Of a stretch of 64,000 nucleotides of DNA, positions 1 to 12,555 are shown in pieces. Position 1 is the first letter of the stretch; each line of letters starts with the position of its first letter. The notes under the pieces were generated by a model that was given only the letters and a program-made list of their open reading frames with translations, was not told the origin of the DNA and searched no databases. Source of the stretch: Isurus oxyrinchus (Eukaryota); NCBI GenBank assembly GCA_026770705.1, contig JANJGN010000020.1:80166001-80230000 (forward strand), read 5' to 3'. The translations under genes were made by a program, and so were the position numbers.

Positions 1-432
1 TGTTTAGAGAAACTCTGATTGTTCTCACTAGAACGAGGGAGATTGAGGGGCGACTTGATAGAAGTTTACAAAATTATGAGTGGCATGGACAGAGTAAGTA
101 GACAGATGCTTTTTCCAAGGGTGGAAGAGTCAATTACTAGGGGACATGGATTTAAGAGGAGAGGAGAAATCTATAGAGGAGTTGTACCAGGCAAGTTTTT
201 TACGCAGAGGATAGTGAGTGTCTGGACTTCGCTGCCAGAGCAGGTGATGGAAGCAGGTACGATAGAACTGTTTAAGAGGCAGCTTGACAAATACGTGAAT
301 AGGATGGGAATAGAGGGATACGGACCCCGGAAGTGCAAAATGTTATAATTGACGGGCAATATGATTGATGCAGGCTTGGACAGCCGAAAGGCCTGTTCCT
401 GTGCTGTACTTTTCTTTGTTCTTTCTTGTTCT
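1..432 (+). mobile_element. CR1/HER1-type LINE, 3' end (ORF2 C-terminus and 3' UTR)
   Basis: ORF 19..348 reads FSLERGRLRGDLIEVYKIM...FFTQRIVSVWTSLP, the typical CR1 ORF2 C-terminus. It is followed by the tail GGCCTGTTCCTGTGCTGTAC and a short TTCT/TTGT repeat. Confidence 0.92.
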
Positions 433-814
433 AAACATGCAGACGGAGAGTGCAGACATAATCTAGGTCGTGGAATGTATTTGATATTGAGGAGATCTGT
501 TTAAATGTTAACTGTAAACACGAACTCAATAACAATCGCTGTGAAAAAAAAAACTGTTGAGCAGACTATCCTCTGGTGCATTCAGGCTATAGTGGTTTTC
601 CCTGCTTTTGCGGTAATATTAACCTTAATCTTTCTGCGCATTAAATGGGGAAGTAAAGGTCTACAGAAAGTACTTTTAGAATGGCCTCAGCCTACCCTGC
701 AACAATCGTCAGTTCTAGCATGAAATAATAATGTCCTTGATTTGATCCATCCATTGCAGATGATGTCACCATTTTAAGAGGAGGAAGCCACATCGTGATA
801 TTTTCATGAAATTA

Positions 815-1112
815 GCATCAGAGACCTGAGGCAATGTTCTGGGGACCGAGTTCGAAATTCGCTAAGGCAAATGCTGAAAAATAAAATCTGCAAAATGATC
901 TTTAATCAAAAGTTTGATGATAGCCATGAAAGCATTGCCGATTGTCTTTGCAACCCATCTGCTTCAGAGAAGGAAACTTCCTGATATTACCTGGTCTGGG
1001 TTAGATCTGACTCCAGATCAAGAGCAATGTGGTTGATTCTTAAACGCTCCCTGAATAATAAATGGGCAATAAATGCTGACCGAGACCCCAACATCATATG
1101 ACTGAATAACAG
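815..1112 (+). mobile_element. tRNA-derived SINE (SacSINE1-like, name tentative)
   Basis: B-box-like GAGTTCGAAATT near 848, body TTACCTGGTCTG...GACTCCAGA...GCAATGTGGTTGATTCTTAA, and a 3' tail GGGCAATAAATGCTG...GAATAA shared with the LINE at 22075. Confidence 0.6.
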
Positions 1113-1339
1113 TTTAACATTTGAGAAACGTGTTGTGTTGTTCTTCTGACAAACATCTGAACAGGCACAGTTTTATTTAATATGATAGATACCAACATAC
1201 AAAGAGACTTGCTGTCAAAATGTCTAATTGTTGAATGTTTATCCAGAGTGAATTTATCAATTAAGGAAATATTTTATCTTTAATGCATTCATGCAGTGCA
1301 TGTTAAGGACATTGTTCAGTACACGGGAAAAAATGTATA

Positions 1340-2440
1340 CTGACTCAACGCAGTACTGTTGGTGTTCGGGCCATGGTCCGGAGAAGGTAGGAGGAAGTGT
1401 TTGCGTGTTGGCACTCAGCTCTGAGAGGTTTGGGTCAGTATGCCAAACAACAACAGCAGCACCCTCGTCTGCAGGCTTGATTACAAAGTCAGGTTTTGGC
1501 CTGAGAGAACGGAGTGCGGCAACGTCAGAAGGAGAGAGGTCAGAATGAGTGAGCGGAGCACAGAAATTGAGAGAGCCGATGACACACCAACAGCTCTCAA
1601 TGACAAGATCAAGAGCAGGTAAGAGGCCAGAGGGATGGGTTCAACTGCCGGGATAATGCTCGAGGCGGGTGAATGGATCCATTGAAGGTGGTGGGGGAGA
1701 GGGGAGGAGGACTCCTACCAAGAATGTGAACGTGGAGCTGACGGCACCGGAAGAAGCGTTCAGCATGATGACGAGTCTAGGCTTCATTCAATAAAGGGTA
1801 TGAAATTGTGCTTTGCTAAGTACTGAATGTTCAATATCAGAGAAGGGAAGATTAGGGCATAAGAAGAATACAGGCCGGGGCTAGGACCAGAAGAAAGGAT
1901 AGGGCCAAGGGGTCGGGAATTGGTGGAGGGTCGTGGATGTGCTTTGGCATCAATGAGTTTTTGGAGCTTGCGTCTCTTAGCAGCTGAAATAAAGACACAA
2001 AGTTTCTTATTAAGCCATCGGATGAGGGGAAGAATAAAACGAAACTGAGGACAAGGACAGCTATGTGTTAGGGTGAGTCTGTGCTGCTGCGGGGAGGGGT
2101 CGAGTGTATTTGCATAACAGTGCATGGCACTGAGCGAGGATCTCAGGATGTGCCAAGAACAGCATTCCGAGGAGCGTTGTATGTCCCGGAGATACCTGTA
2201 ACCCTGGGCGAATTCAAAACATGAGGGACGGAATCCACGAGGGGTATGTCGGAGACAGAGGTCGTCACTGATGAAGCATATATGGCAGTGAAAGCGAGTT
2301 TCAGTGAAAACCTTGTCAGAAACCCGGAGGGAAATGGGAAGCAATGAAGATGCACATGGCAACAGAGACAAGCAGAAATCTTCTCAGATACAAGAGCAGT
2401 ACTTATTCTAGGTGCGCATTCCTGGAAGAGAAGTGGCATT
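1340..2440 (-). mobile_element. Penelope-like retroelement, degenerate N-terminal/RT ORF
   Basis: Minus frames give DKVFTETRFHCHICF, RHHAERFFR and LRSLRPKPDFVIKPADEGAAVVVW, matching the PLE IKPADKGGAVVVW motif. Frameshifted. Confidence 0.8.
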
Positions 2441-2454
2441 CAATCAAACACTAA

Positions 2455-2635
2455 GATAAAAGCTGAATACTGCAGATGATGGAAATCTGAAGCAAAAACA
2501 ACAATTTCTGGAAAAGCTCAATTGGTCTGGCAGCATCTTTGGGGAGAAAGAAGGAGCTAATATTTTGAGTCCTTATGACTCTTCTTCAGAAAAAAAGAGA
2601 AGTAGAAATGTGATGAAATCTGTACTATTTAAGGT
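2455..2635 (-). mobile_element. Penelope-derived terminal repeat (hammerhead-like relic)
   Basis: TGCAGATGATGGAAATCTGAA...TCTGGCAGCATCTTTGGGGAG...GACTCTTCTTCAGAA. Same family as the copies at 4110, 6675, 10790, 57795 and 58100, and directly adjacent to the PLE ORF. Confidence 0.6.
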
Positions 2636-3789
2636 TGGGGGGGGGGGGGGGGGTGGAAGTTTCTGTTCACTTGGGGATCGCACCGCACCTTTCACTTATT
2701 GCATTCAGTCCTTACATTTCAGGGTATAGCGTCACTTAAATAAATCAACTCCAACAGCATATGGAGATAACAGCTGAATTGCAGAAATGAAAACAGTTAC
2801 AATGAGGAACCAGGAGAGCGAGGACTGTCAGTAAGTACCGTAGATCTGGTCACGGTCTCAAATATTGGACCATATTTCCCCGTCCATTACAATCCTCTCA
2901 GAATTATCATCGTGAAATGACTGCATTTTTTCAGACAGTAGCCAGCCCTTTATCGGTTGAAAGTTTGGCCACTTAACTTGCTCTTGAAGCTCACAGCGCT
3001 GCTTTTCCTGAGCAGCACCACAGCCGGTCTTTCTTCTTCCAGGCATTTCCAGTGCCAGGCTTTTACAGAGAACAATTAGATCATTCAGCATTTACTGTTT
3101 TTCAGACCGAGAACTCCTCTGATTGGTCTCTCTTTAATGTACCTGATTTGCCAAAGTTCTTCCCCAATCTGATAACTGGGAGACAGAAGAGGGCAGGATT
3201 TAGCCGCCACAGCGGTCAGACCTGAAGAGTTCACCATTTCAAAAAACCACCAATTTCGGTGTAGTAAAGAAGCAGATTAAAATAAATCCACCCTCAGTCA
3301 GAGATTTGAATGCCATTGATATTTTCTTGTTTTATTCAACTATATGCCGTAAAATCGCAGGCGCTGTTTTGAAATCCATCATAAATTGTGGTTCACTCTG
3401 CTGTCGTTTTCAAACTTGACTGGGCGGGGTTAAGTCCCGATTCACAACATTCCAGGAAAGGAAACATTTTAGTTCAATCTTTCAAAAAGTGACAAATGAG
3501 ACTTGAACATCCGTCCCTATTCACAGATACTCCTGTGGGATTTGAGGTGTTGGGGGGAACCTGCTTCATAACTGTAGTAACTCTCCTTCCTCAACCTTCT
3601 CTGATTCTTGCCGCCTGTCGCTGGCGCTTTACTCAAGGCTCCCTTGGACCCTTCTTTGGAGTTGTTCTCTACTCAGAAATTTTCAATCGCAATTTCAGAC
3701 ACGGAAATAACTCGATCCACCTCTGAACAGGGATTAAATAGGCAGCCCCACAGCGCTATGCTAATGTTGGATGGCTGAAGGGCACGATT

Positions 3790-4375
3790 GGCATTGCTGA
3801 GGTAGTGTACGTTTGGTTCCGAAATAATTTATCTCCATTTCATTCTTTCATGTTTATATTATTGTTTATTGTTTGACAATCAGACGCATTTTAACAGCCA
3901 CCAGAGCCTGCTGGTGGTTCACAAATGTAAGAATCAGACTGACCCAGAGATGGAAAACAGAAGCAATTCCATTATTTCCCTGTTCACTGTACGAGGCAGT
4001 TTTATAGTGTTGTGTCTGTTCTGTAACTAACAACTTAGTTGTTCATTGCCTCTGTTCATTGATTATACACCTCTGGCATTCATAACCTCTGAAACAGGTT
4101 AAATGTTGATCAGCTCTGAAGAAGTAATACAGACTCGAACCTTTAATTCTGTTTTCCTCTCTACAGATGCGCAAGTCTTGCTGAGTGTTTCCAGCAATTT
4201 CTGTTGTTATTTCAATCTTCCAGCATCCAAGTATTTTGCTTATATGTACGTACACGTACTTGAGTTCTTGTACAAACACGTGTTTTGGCAGCTACACAAA
4301 CTAAATTCAGGGAAGGATCGAAGAAGGTGGTTAAATCTGGTTCAACGGTTAGTTGGACATTGGTCAGAAAAATGA
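3790..4375 (+). pseudogene. GPR139-like GPCR pseudogene, copy A (TM5 to C-terminus)
   Basis: Broken frames read LTIRRILTATRA, NQTDPEMENRSNSIISLFTVRGSFIVL, YLSSCTNT and ATQTKFRE. Frameshifts plus a repeat insertion at about 4110-4240. Confidence 0.85.
4110..4240 (+). mobile_element. Penelope-derived short repeat inserted in GPCR copy A
   Basis: CTCTGAAGAAG...GACTCGAACC...CTCTACAGATGC...CTTGCTGAGTGTTTCCAGCAATTTCTG interrupts the TM6-TM7 region. Confidence 0.7.
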
Positions 4376-5087
4376 AAAACCAAATCGAAGTTTCCTCTCC
4401 TAACTAGAACTCACTTAATGTACCTTTTCTAATTTAGATTGACTACCTTTCTAATACGCAGTAAATAACATTCTCCTGTTTTGGAATTGAAAATGTTTCC
4501 TCAACTTCCTACCGTGCGGTGCCTGCAGCTTTCCCGCGATGAGTATTGTGGTTCCCTGTTAAAACAACACAATAGCAAAGAAGGTTTACAGCAAGCTGTT
4601 AGAATTCAGCTACAGGAATATCTCAGCCTTCGGGGTAAACGTGAACGTTTCACTTTCTGTACTCCTTTCTGGGTGGATCTTTGCTTATCTCGAAACTTTT
4701 CTCCTTGTCACTTTCAAACAATGAATTATTGCAATTGTGACGTGTATCTCTGCCTTGCATTCTGTATCTGACACATTTTGGAAAGCCTGTTTATTTTGCT
4801 CTTTTCCCCTGTCGCTGATCTCTCTGTGTAATAAAAGATTATTCGAAACGGGCTTGTGAGTGAACCAATGTCTGTTCCCATACCCAATGATTTGCTGAGC
4901 ACTGAATAATCTATGGATCTCAGCTTTCAACATGTTGAGCTCCCCCAACCCTCTGGGATAGAAAATTTCAAAGATTGACAAACATCGGAATGAAGAATTG
5001 TCTTCTCATCACTCATAATTCAAAGATCCATAAACTATAAGCTCATTTCACTCAATCTCTCCTCTGAACCCAGGAATGTTTCACGGG

Positions 5088-5850
5088 ATAAGACCATGGG
5101 ACGGAGGAACAGAAGTAGGCATTTCGGACAAACGAGTCTGCTCCTTCATTCAATGAGACAATGGCTAATTTGATTGTCTGCAACTCGGCATTCCTGCCTT
5201 GTCTCTCGATAATCCCTGATTTCATTAATGATTAAAAATCTCTCTATATCACCGTTGAATATAGTTAGGGACTCAGACACTATAGTCCTCTGCGGTAAAT
5301 AATTCCACCGATTCACTACCCTCTGAGAGAAGAAATTCCTCCTCCTCTGTTTTAAATGGGCATCTCCTTATTCTAGATTTCGTCTTGTGGTCCTTGAATC
5401 GCCGAGAATGCAAAAAGAAACTTTTCAGCACCTACGCTTTCAAGCCCCCTAAGAGTCATATATGTTTCAAGCCGATCAGTTCTCATTTTTCTAAACTCCA
5501 AAAGTATAGGCCAAACTTACTCAATCTCTCCTCACACGAAAATCCCTCCATACCATGGATCAATCTCGTGAACCTTCTCGGGACTGTTTTCAATTCCAGC
5601 ATATATTTTCTTCGAAAAGGGGAGCACAATTGCTCACAATATTCTAGGTGTGTACGAACTCGTGCCTTTTATTGTATTAGTAAGGCTTCCCTATTTTAAC
5701 ATTCTGTTCCATTTGAAATAGAGGCCAACATTCCATTTACCTTCCCTATTACCTGTTAATCTTGTATGCTGCTTTTTTTTTGGGATTCATGCACAAGGAC
5801 TCCGAAATCCCACTGTACTTCCGTCTTCTGCAACCTTTCTCCAGCATGCT
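5088..5850 (-). mobile_element. CR1-type LINE 3' fragment
   Basis: Starts with the reverse tail ATAAGACCAT...GAAGTAGGC, then antisense ORF2 C-terminal sequence (CTCTGAGAGAAGAAATTCCTCCTC, AACCTTCTCGGGACTG). Confidence 0.8.
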
Positions 5851-6560
5851 AGACTTTCAAGACGTTAATAACCTCGACAAACTTCAACACGATGAAGAAG
5901 GAGGTGAATTTGTGTACTTTGGGCGGACTAACATGGAAAGGCAGTACACTGTAAATGCGGGAATTTTGGAAAGTGTAGTTGGGCGGAAAGACAATGACCC
6001 CCATTTACACAAACATCATAATATAGTTTGAAAATCATATTGGTTATTCGGGGTTATAAATCTAGAAATAGTTTATAAAGCACTGGGATCGTGCTAGAAC
6101 TTTAAAACCTGACGCGTGGTCGTATAAAGGAGTCTTGTGGTTAATGTTGCACGTCACTCCTCAGCAAAGACATTAGAAAGGAGCTGAGAGCGCTTACTGA
6201 GAGGATTTCAATGAAGAAATAATTCAGTTATCAGCAGTTGAATGAGAAATTCTGGGTTGTTTTCCATCGAACAAAGCAAAAAGAAAATATCCTAAAACTG
6301 GTTTTGCAGATGATGTGAGGTTTGCAAAGAGTAAACAAGGGAAACAATCTATCTGTGTTAATGTAAAGAAGTAGGGGTCGTGAATTCAAAATCATTGACT
6401 AAAGAAATAGAGAAGACGGTAGCAGAGACATCAATTTCACTCAGGCTTTTTCGGATCTGGAACTCTCTACCTGAAAAGATGATAGATGGTAATGTCATGA
6501 AAAATTTTCAAAGGAAATTGGAAAGATATTTGAAGACGGGCATCTTGCAGAAAAACAACG
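5850..6560 (+). mobile_element. CR1-type LINE fragment
   Basis: ORF pieces YFGRTNMERQYTVN and RIWNSLPEKMID...FQRKLERYLK. Confidence 0.7.
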
Positions 6561-6674
6561 AACTACGACAATGCAGGAGAAACAAACACAAACAACATTC
6601 ACAGGTATAAGCACAAACACACGCAAATGGGCCTGCACAAACTACAAGACGCATATACAACTAGATGACAGCAA

Positions 6675-6925
6675 AACACTGTGAATGCTGGAAATCTGAA
6701 TTAAAAAATAGAAAGTACTGGAAAAACTCAGCTGGTGTAACAGCATCTGTGGAGTGAAAAAAAAACAAAGTTAATTTTTCGAGCTTTTATGACTCATCTT
6801 CAGAGCAGAAGAGTATTTCGAGTCGTTTTGACTCTTTAGTTCTGACGAAGTTAAATATGTGTTTTTCCTCTCCACAGATTCTATTAGACCAGCTAGGTTC
6901 ATTTCCAGCATTTCCTGTTTTGGTT
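6675..6925. repeat. Inverted pair of Penelope-derived terminal repeats
   Basis: Left arm CTGGAAAAACTCAGCTGG...CAGCATCTGTGGAG mirrors right arm CTCCACAGATTC...CCAGCTAGG...TTTCCAGCATT. Confidence 0.7.
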
Positions 6926-7148
6926 GTATATATAATTAGACATGGAGTAACTGAGAAAAATGTGGAGGGGACCAGAAGGAAGCCTTTAACTAAATTGGCT
7001 GAAATAATGGCAGAAATTTCGCAATTACATACAGATAAATAAGAAAGAGAGGTTATAACTGCTGTTGTTAGTCAGTGCAAGGTTTCATTTCACGGAAGGC
7101 ATATTTCATCTTGGTCAAATTTTGAAATTGAATGAGTAAATTGAGGCA

Positions 7149-7229
7149 GGCAGTAATGAGGATTCGAAACAGAATGGTGAGATCTCAGTCAGTTTCGATT
7201 CCATCGCCTTACCCACTCGGCTTTTCTAC
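7149..7229 (-). tRNA. tRNA-Ser pseudogene (anticodon reads CGA)
   Basis: Reverse complement GTAGAAAAGCCGAGTGGGTAAGGCGATGGAATCGAAA...GTTTCGAATCCT aligns to vertebrate tRNA-Ser GTAGTCGTGGCCGAGTGGTTAAGGCGATGGACT. Stems are broken. Confidence 0.7.
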
Positions 7230-7819
7230 GAGAGAGCGCAAGCGACCCTAATTTCAACTCAAAACAACTCTCAGGGTGAGTCTTGCATTACAATTTTGAC
7301 TTCTTGTGCTGGATCTAACACCTTGTTTCAACAACTTTGCTGATTACATGGATCGGTACTTCCCCCTATTTCGGATGGATTTTATTTGATCTGCGAAGAA
7401 TTGTATACCTCATTATTCTCGAAAGCTGCATGTGTGCCTGTGGGATTATTTTTTCAATGATTTGAAAGTAATAGGAGCATTAAACAGGCAGGAAAGAAAA
7501 CGCTTTCCGTTTGAACCATTTGAGCAAGAACAGAGGAACATGAATAGATGAATATCCAGAGCAAATGAAGCATCACACATTACGCTGACATATTCTGGTT
7601 CTCTACATGTATACATGGACAATTTACGTTAATTACTTTATACCCCATACCTCTAATAGCATCAATGTTGCTGCATGATACCTCTGTTTTTTTTTCCGGT
7701 CTAATTGAAATTAACGTATCCAACAGGTTGATGTTGTGTCTAATGTGTGGGTGAAGAGAGTAATCATGCTTTCTCGTTTTGTGCGCTGAACTGCATCTCA
7801 TTTTCAGCCCTCACTGCTG

Positions 7820-8010
7820 GCTTACAAAAATGAGAAGGTCTAAATCTTAGTACGTTGATGAAAAACCTCTTCATGAGCAAGTTCTCAGTTCTGCATCTTT
7901 GCAGTGAACATGGAAGCTGTACCCACATAGCTCCAGGCTCAAGTTTCAGTGAAACACAGAGCAGGTTGGCCTCAGGTATGACATGTACAGGACGACTGGC
8001 ATGTGGACTC
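7820..8010 (-). mobile_element. Possible non-LTR retrotransposon endonuclease remnant
   Basis: Minus frame ALCFTET* resembles the APE motif VLCFTETWL. Heavily decayed. Confidence 0.3.
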
Positions 8011-9049
8011 TGGATTTGAACTCACAGTTGTGGGAAAATAGCTCCACTGCGTTGTGCATACCTAGGGAGAGCAAATTCTATGGTTTTAAGTACTTTGAAA
8101 ATATGTCGACTGGAGCGCAATGCCATATTCATGTCTGAATATGTCAAAATCCTGGCGACTTCTGCAACCAACCTCATGCCAAATGCAGTCTTTTCCATTG
8201 CTGTAGACTCAACCAGGGAGGTCAGTAGTGGCACCCTGCCATTTGGGCAGTCCAATATCAACATAGATTTTTCCAAAACAGGAGCCCAGGAGAGAGGACA
8301 CCCCATTTTCTGTGCAGAATGTTAACACAACACGGTGAAAAGTAGCTATACTGATAAACCCAACTTGATTACCATGGAGGACGTACGCTGCAGGCAGGCT
8401 CCGATGGTGTGATGGACTATGGGATCTCTCTGGTCAGTTGCCACCCACCTCACGTTGGGCAGCACTCGGCTACTGAGGAGATAACCCATCACAGTCCATC
8501 TGCTTCAAAGGGTTCTTCTACATTAGGGTCTCTCTTCAACAAGTGGATAGAAACCATTGCACCAGACAAGTAAATGAAATAAAATAAAATAAAGGAGATG
8601 TCAATTCTTCCAATGGCAAGCGGGAACTCAGGGCCATGTGCACAAATCTGACAGACTACATGGAGTTCGATAACACATGCTAGAATATCTATGATCGACA
8701 TGGAACTTGAATGGCTGAACTGAAACTTAGCATGCCAACAAGAGAGAGGCTCGCGGATGGAGGATCAGTGAAAGAAAAACATTACACGTCCATCTGGTAG
8801 TGGAAGTGTTCTGTGTTAACGTGTTATTGAGAAACTAGACTTTGCTGTAGGGAACTCACTACCAACGATGGTAGAACCTCCCTCAAATGCTGCAGAACAT
8901 GTTCGCTCGATTTGTTCTTGTGATGGAATTTGTCCTTTCAAAACCCCTTTTATTTTATTAAGACAGACCCAAAACAAAAATGTAAAGAGATTGGAAACTG
9001 ACTCTTTCAGTTTCTAAGGAAACAAAAACTGAAATTGAAATTTGGAATC

Positions 9050-9666
9050 CAAATTTCGGTGCAAATGCAAACTGCTACAGTGAATTTAAGAACAGAATTT
9101 CTGCTAAACTATTAGTGGAATATCACATTCTGACATGCCTATGAACATAAACTGATCATTATCAATGTACACTGGCGTTTACGCCCGAGCGTGGATTTAC
9201 TTTTCATTGCCTGCTGGGATAGCTGACTTTGGGTTCGGCGGTATCTTCTCTCCTGTACTTCCTTTTGTTTTTATATTGTTATTCAATGGTTTGATAATCA
9301 GACGCAATTTAGCAGGTGCCAGAGCCCGCTGGGATTTCCAGGGTCACAGCCGTCAGATTCAGAATGAATTAGAGGTGGAAAACCGAAGGAAATCCGCTAT
9401 TTTCCTGTTCATTATATCAGGCAGCTTTATAGCGTTGTGGTTGAGATTTGGTGTCTATTCTGTACCTAAAGACTGAGCCGTGCATTACCGACCTCATTAT
9501 ATATTTTCAGTATACATCGCCGCTCAAACATGTTACATGATGATGCATTTGAGTGCCTGTACAAGCACGTGTGTTCATGCAGCTACACACCCTCACTTCA
9601 GAGATGAACTGAAGAAGGTGGTTTAATCTGTTTGAACGGTTATTCGGACATTGGTTAGAAAAGTGA
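9050..9666 (+). pseudogene. GPR139-like GPCR pseudogene, copy B
   Basis: ORF 9165..9476 reads LPFVFILLFNGLIIRRNL...EVENRRKSAIFLFIISGSFIALWL. After a premature TGA it continues YRPHY...IAAQT...LSACTSTCVHAAT...FRDELKKVV. TM1-TM3 were not found. Confidence 0.88.
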
Positions 9667-10789
9667 AATCGCAAACGGAAGTTTCCTTTCCTAACTCGTG
9701 TTCAATTAATGCCCCTCTTCTAATTCATATTGACGGTCTTTTTGCTACGACATATCTAAATTGAAATCATTCCCTCAGCTTCCTGCTATGCGGTGTGCGC
9801 TGCTTTCCCGCTGTGAACATTGTGGTTACGTGTTAAAAAAGAAAACTCAACGACAAACTAGATTCATAGCAAACAGTCGGAATTCAGCTTCAGCAGCGTA
9901 TGAGGTCTCGAGGGCAATATGGTATGCTTACATTGTGATTCAGGTTCCTGAAAGTATCGGTGAAATGTATTGACACTTGTTTTCTGGAGGGTCGGCTTGG
10001 CGCATGGCCGAACAGATACGGCATTTAAGCCCCGTTTATCATACAACGGTATTAGAAGATTGATGAATTCAGCCGTATTGTGGTAGTAATATGCAGATAA
10101 AACCGGTCTAACAGAATTAAATCAATTTCACTTCACACTCATGAGCTGAAAGCCCTGCTCTTCCTCCGAGACATTTCCTGGCTCTTTATTAAAATAAATT
10201 TAAACCTATTTCTGAGTTTGTTGTTCACCAGCTTTAGAAGTTTCTTCAGTATCTAACAAATCAACATTACACAACTGATCTGGATAAATTATTTGTATTT
10301 CGAAGCTTAGTGTCAATTGATAAGCTGAAAGGCATTATTGAGTTAGCAACCTAATGGGAGAAGATAATCACTTCAATCATTGAGGCTGCAAGTAGCTTTT
10401 AAGTTATCAAACCGAAGCCCATGTACAATACCTTAACCAATTGGCCACAACAGCTCGACAAATGCAGCCGTGTTACATGTCTGCATGAAACAGCAGGCAT
10501 AATAATCAGTAGCGAACGTGGTGGAACTGCATGGAAGGAATCATTAAGTCATTCATCACCTTCGCGTCTTGAGCCGTTTTCCAATTTCCCAGCCTGTGTA
10601 GAAATCAGACTCGTGAATCAGAGAATCCTGGTGTTCAAAAGGAGGCCTGTCGGTCCATTCAGACTTTGCCAGCTCTGGGAAACGAACCTTTTCCACAATC
10701 CAACTTCCCCCCATCTCCATGTCAATTAGTTCTGTTGAAAACGCGATTGAATTTGGTTTCACACTCCTTTCAGTTGGAAAGGTAAAGTA

Positions 10790-11110
10790 ACACTGCAAAT
10801 ATGAAAATAAATCAGAAAATTTTTAGAACGTTCAGCGGGTCAGGGCGCAGCAGTGGACACAAACAGAGTGAACGGTTCAAGTTTTTGACGTTTCTTCAGA
10901 ACTAAAGAAAAATATAAATATAACAGGTCTTGAACCAATGGAGACAATGAAGGGGCAGGACGTAGAAAAGCCAATGTCTTATGGTGGAGGGAAGAAGAGA
11001 AAATGTGTCATGTTACAAAATACAAAGGAGAGTTATAACGTGTATTATAAATAAACAAAAGGAGTGTGCATATGTGGTTGTGAATTGTTGCATAACAGCT
11101 GTTCAAGTGC
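10790..11110 (-). mobile_element. Penelope-derived 3' terminal fragment
   Basis: CAGCGGGTCAGG...AAACAGAGTGAACGGTTCAAG...TTTCTTCAGAAC followed by a purine-rich UTR-like stretch; same family as 57795 and 58100. Confidence 0.55.
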
Positions 11111-12481
11111 ACCTAGAAGGAATAAAGGAACGTAACAGAACCAAACCAGCGAAAACCAGCAAGAAACAATAGATGTTATGAAGTTCAAATCACCCCAACA
11201 AAATCCGAATAAAGCATTTGGATTGACGTTGCACAATAAAGAAGGGCGAGTGGACAAAATTGCCTTTGGAGGTTAATGTTAAGGAAGCAGATTTTATTAT
11301 TACAGGTGATATCAGAGAGCAAGCAAGGGATGGATTGATTTCTGTTACAGCACACGTTATGCAGGAGATGCGGAGGGATAAAGGATGAAAATTTTTCATG
11401 AAATCCTACGGCTGATATCTCAGTCGTTATCCTACTCTTTGTGCCTGATACAATTTAAACGTTCCTCCGAGTGAGCTTTCTTGCCTTCGAGGGGATAATG
11501 TCACACTTTTCAGCAACAAACATCGTAGAAATCGCTTCAGTTCGCAAAATTAACCTTTGCCCATCTGTACCTTCCCAATGCACTTTCAACAATAAATACA
11601 ATCTCCAAAGTTTTGAAATCACGGTATAGATGAAAGTTTTCATTTTCCACTGACATGCAGTCCCGTAATATACGAACATTTATGTTTGCAGCAAATTATT
11701 TGTATACAATTCAAAACTTTACAATGAAAATTTGTGCTTCGAGTTGTTACTATGTTTAGTTGGTGAACGTAACTACTTAGTAAACAAGGGATCCTGATTT
11801 AAATATACACGGTGTGTTTAGTCAATCACGATTTAAATTCAAACCAATGACGTCCAGCAGTAGCTTAGAGAATTATGCGCCCACACGTAGAAGTCGCAAG
11901 AGACCAGTGTTACCATTGGAGGCTAATAGTAAGGAACATTTTAAGTGATGCCGGCGATAATTATGTGCTGGAATTGAATGATTTATGTTACTCCGTGTTA
12001 TGCAATAAAGATTATGGAAGACTAGATGTTGGAGCCTTTTGATGAAGGCCTTAAGCTGACAGATCTATCAACACATCCTACACTTTGATACCCGAAATGC
12101 GGTTTTTGCTTGCATTCTGCCACAACAAACATCATGTGAATTGTTCACCCACCCGTGAAATCCATCTCTGCTCTTTGCAGCTTCCCACTCCGATTCCAGC
12201 AAATTAATATCTCCCCGAACTGAATTCAATCTTCAAAGCTTTGAAAGTCCAGCGCCGTTACCTGGCTGACAACAGTTGTCACTTCACACGTCACTGGTAA
12301 GTGGAGAGTAGTTGGTGAAATGTAGAAGATTTGAGAAATGAAGCCAAAAGGGAGGCTGCCGTCTGCCTGTGGGGGAAATGTCCTTTAGAAAGTGAATTAC
12401 TAAAGAAGGAAATGCAAAGATATAGGTCGGGATGCCTCTTGTCAATCAATGAAGGCACCCATGGGAAAGCTGGCAGGTGGA

Positions 12482-12555
12482 GTTAGTGTAGATCCGTCGG
12501 CAGAGCATCAGGCGTTTAATCTGAGGGGTGCAGCATTCCACTCTGGGTCAGCCAC
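12482..12555 (+). tRNA. tRNA-Lys(TTT) pseudogene
   Basis: GTCGGCAGAGCATCAGGCGTTTAATCTGAGGG versus canonical GTCGGTAGAGCATCAGACTTTTAATCTGAGGG. The T arm and acceptor stem are decayed. Confidence 0.65.
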
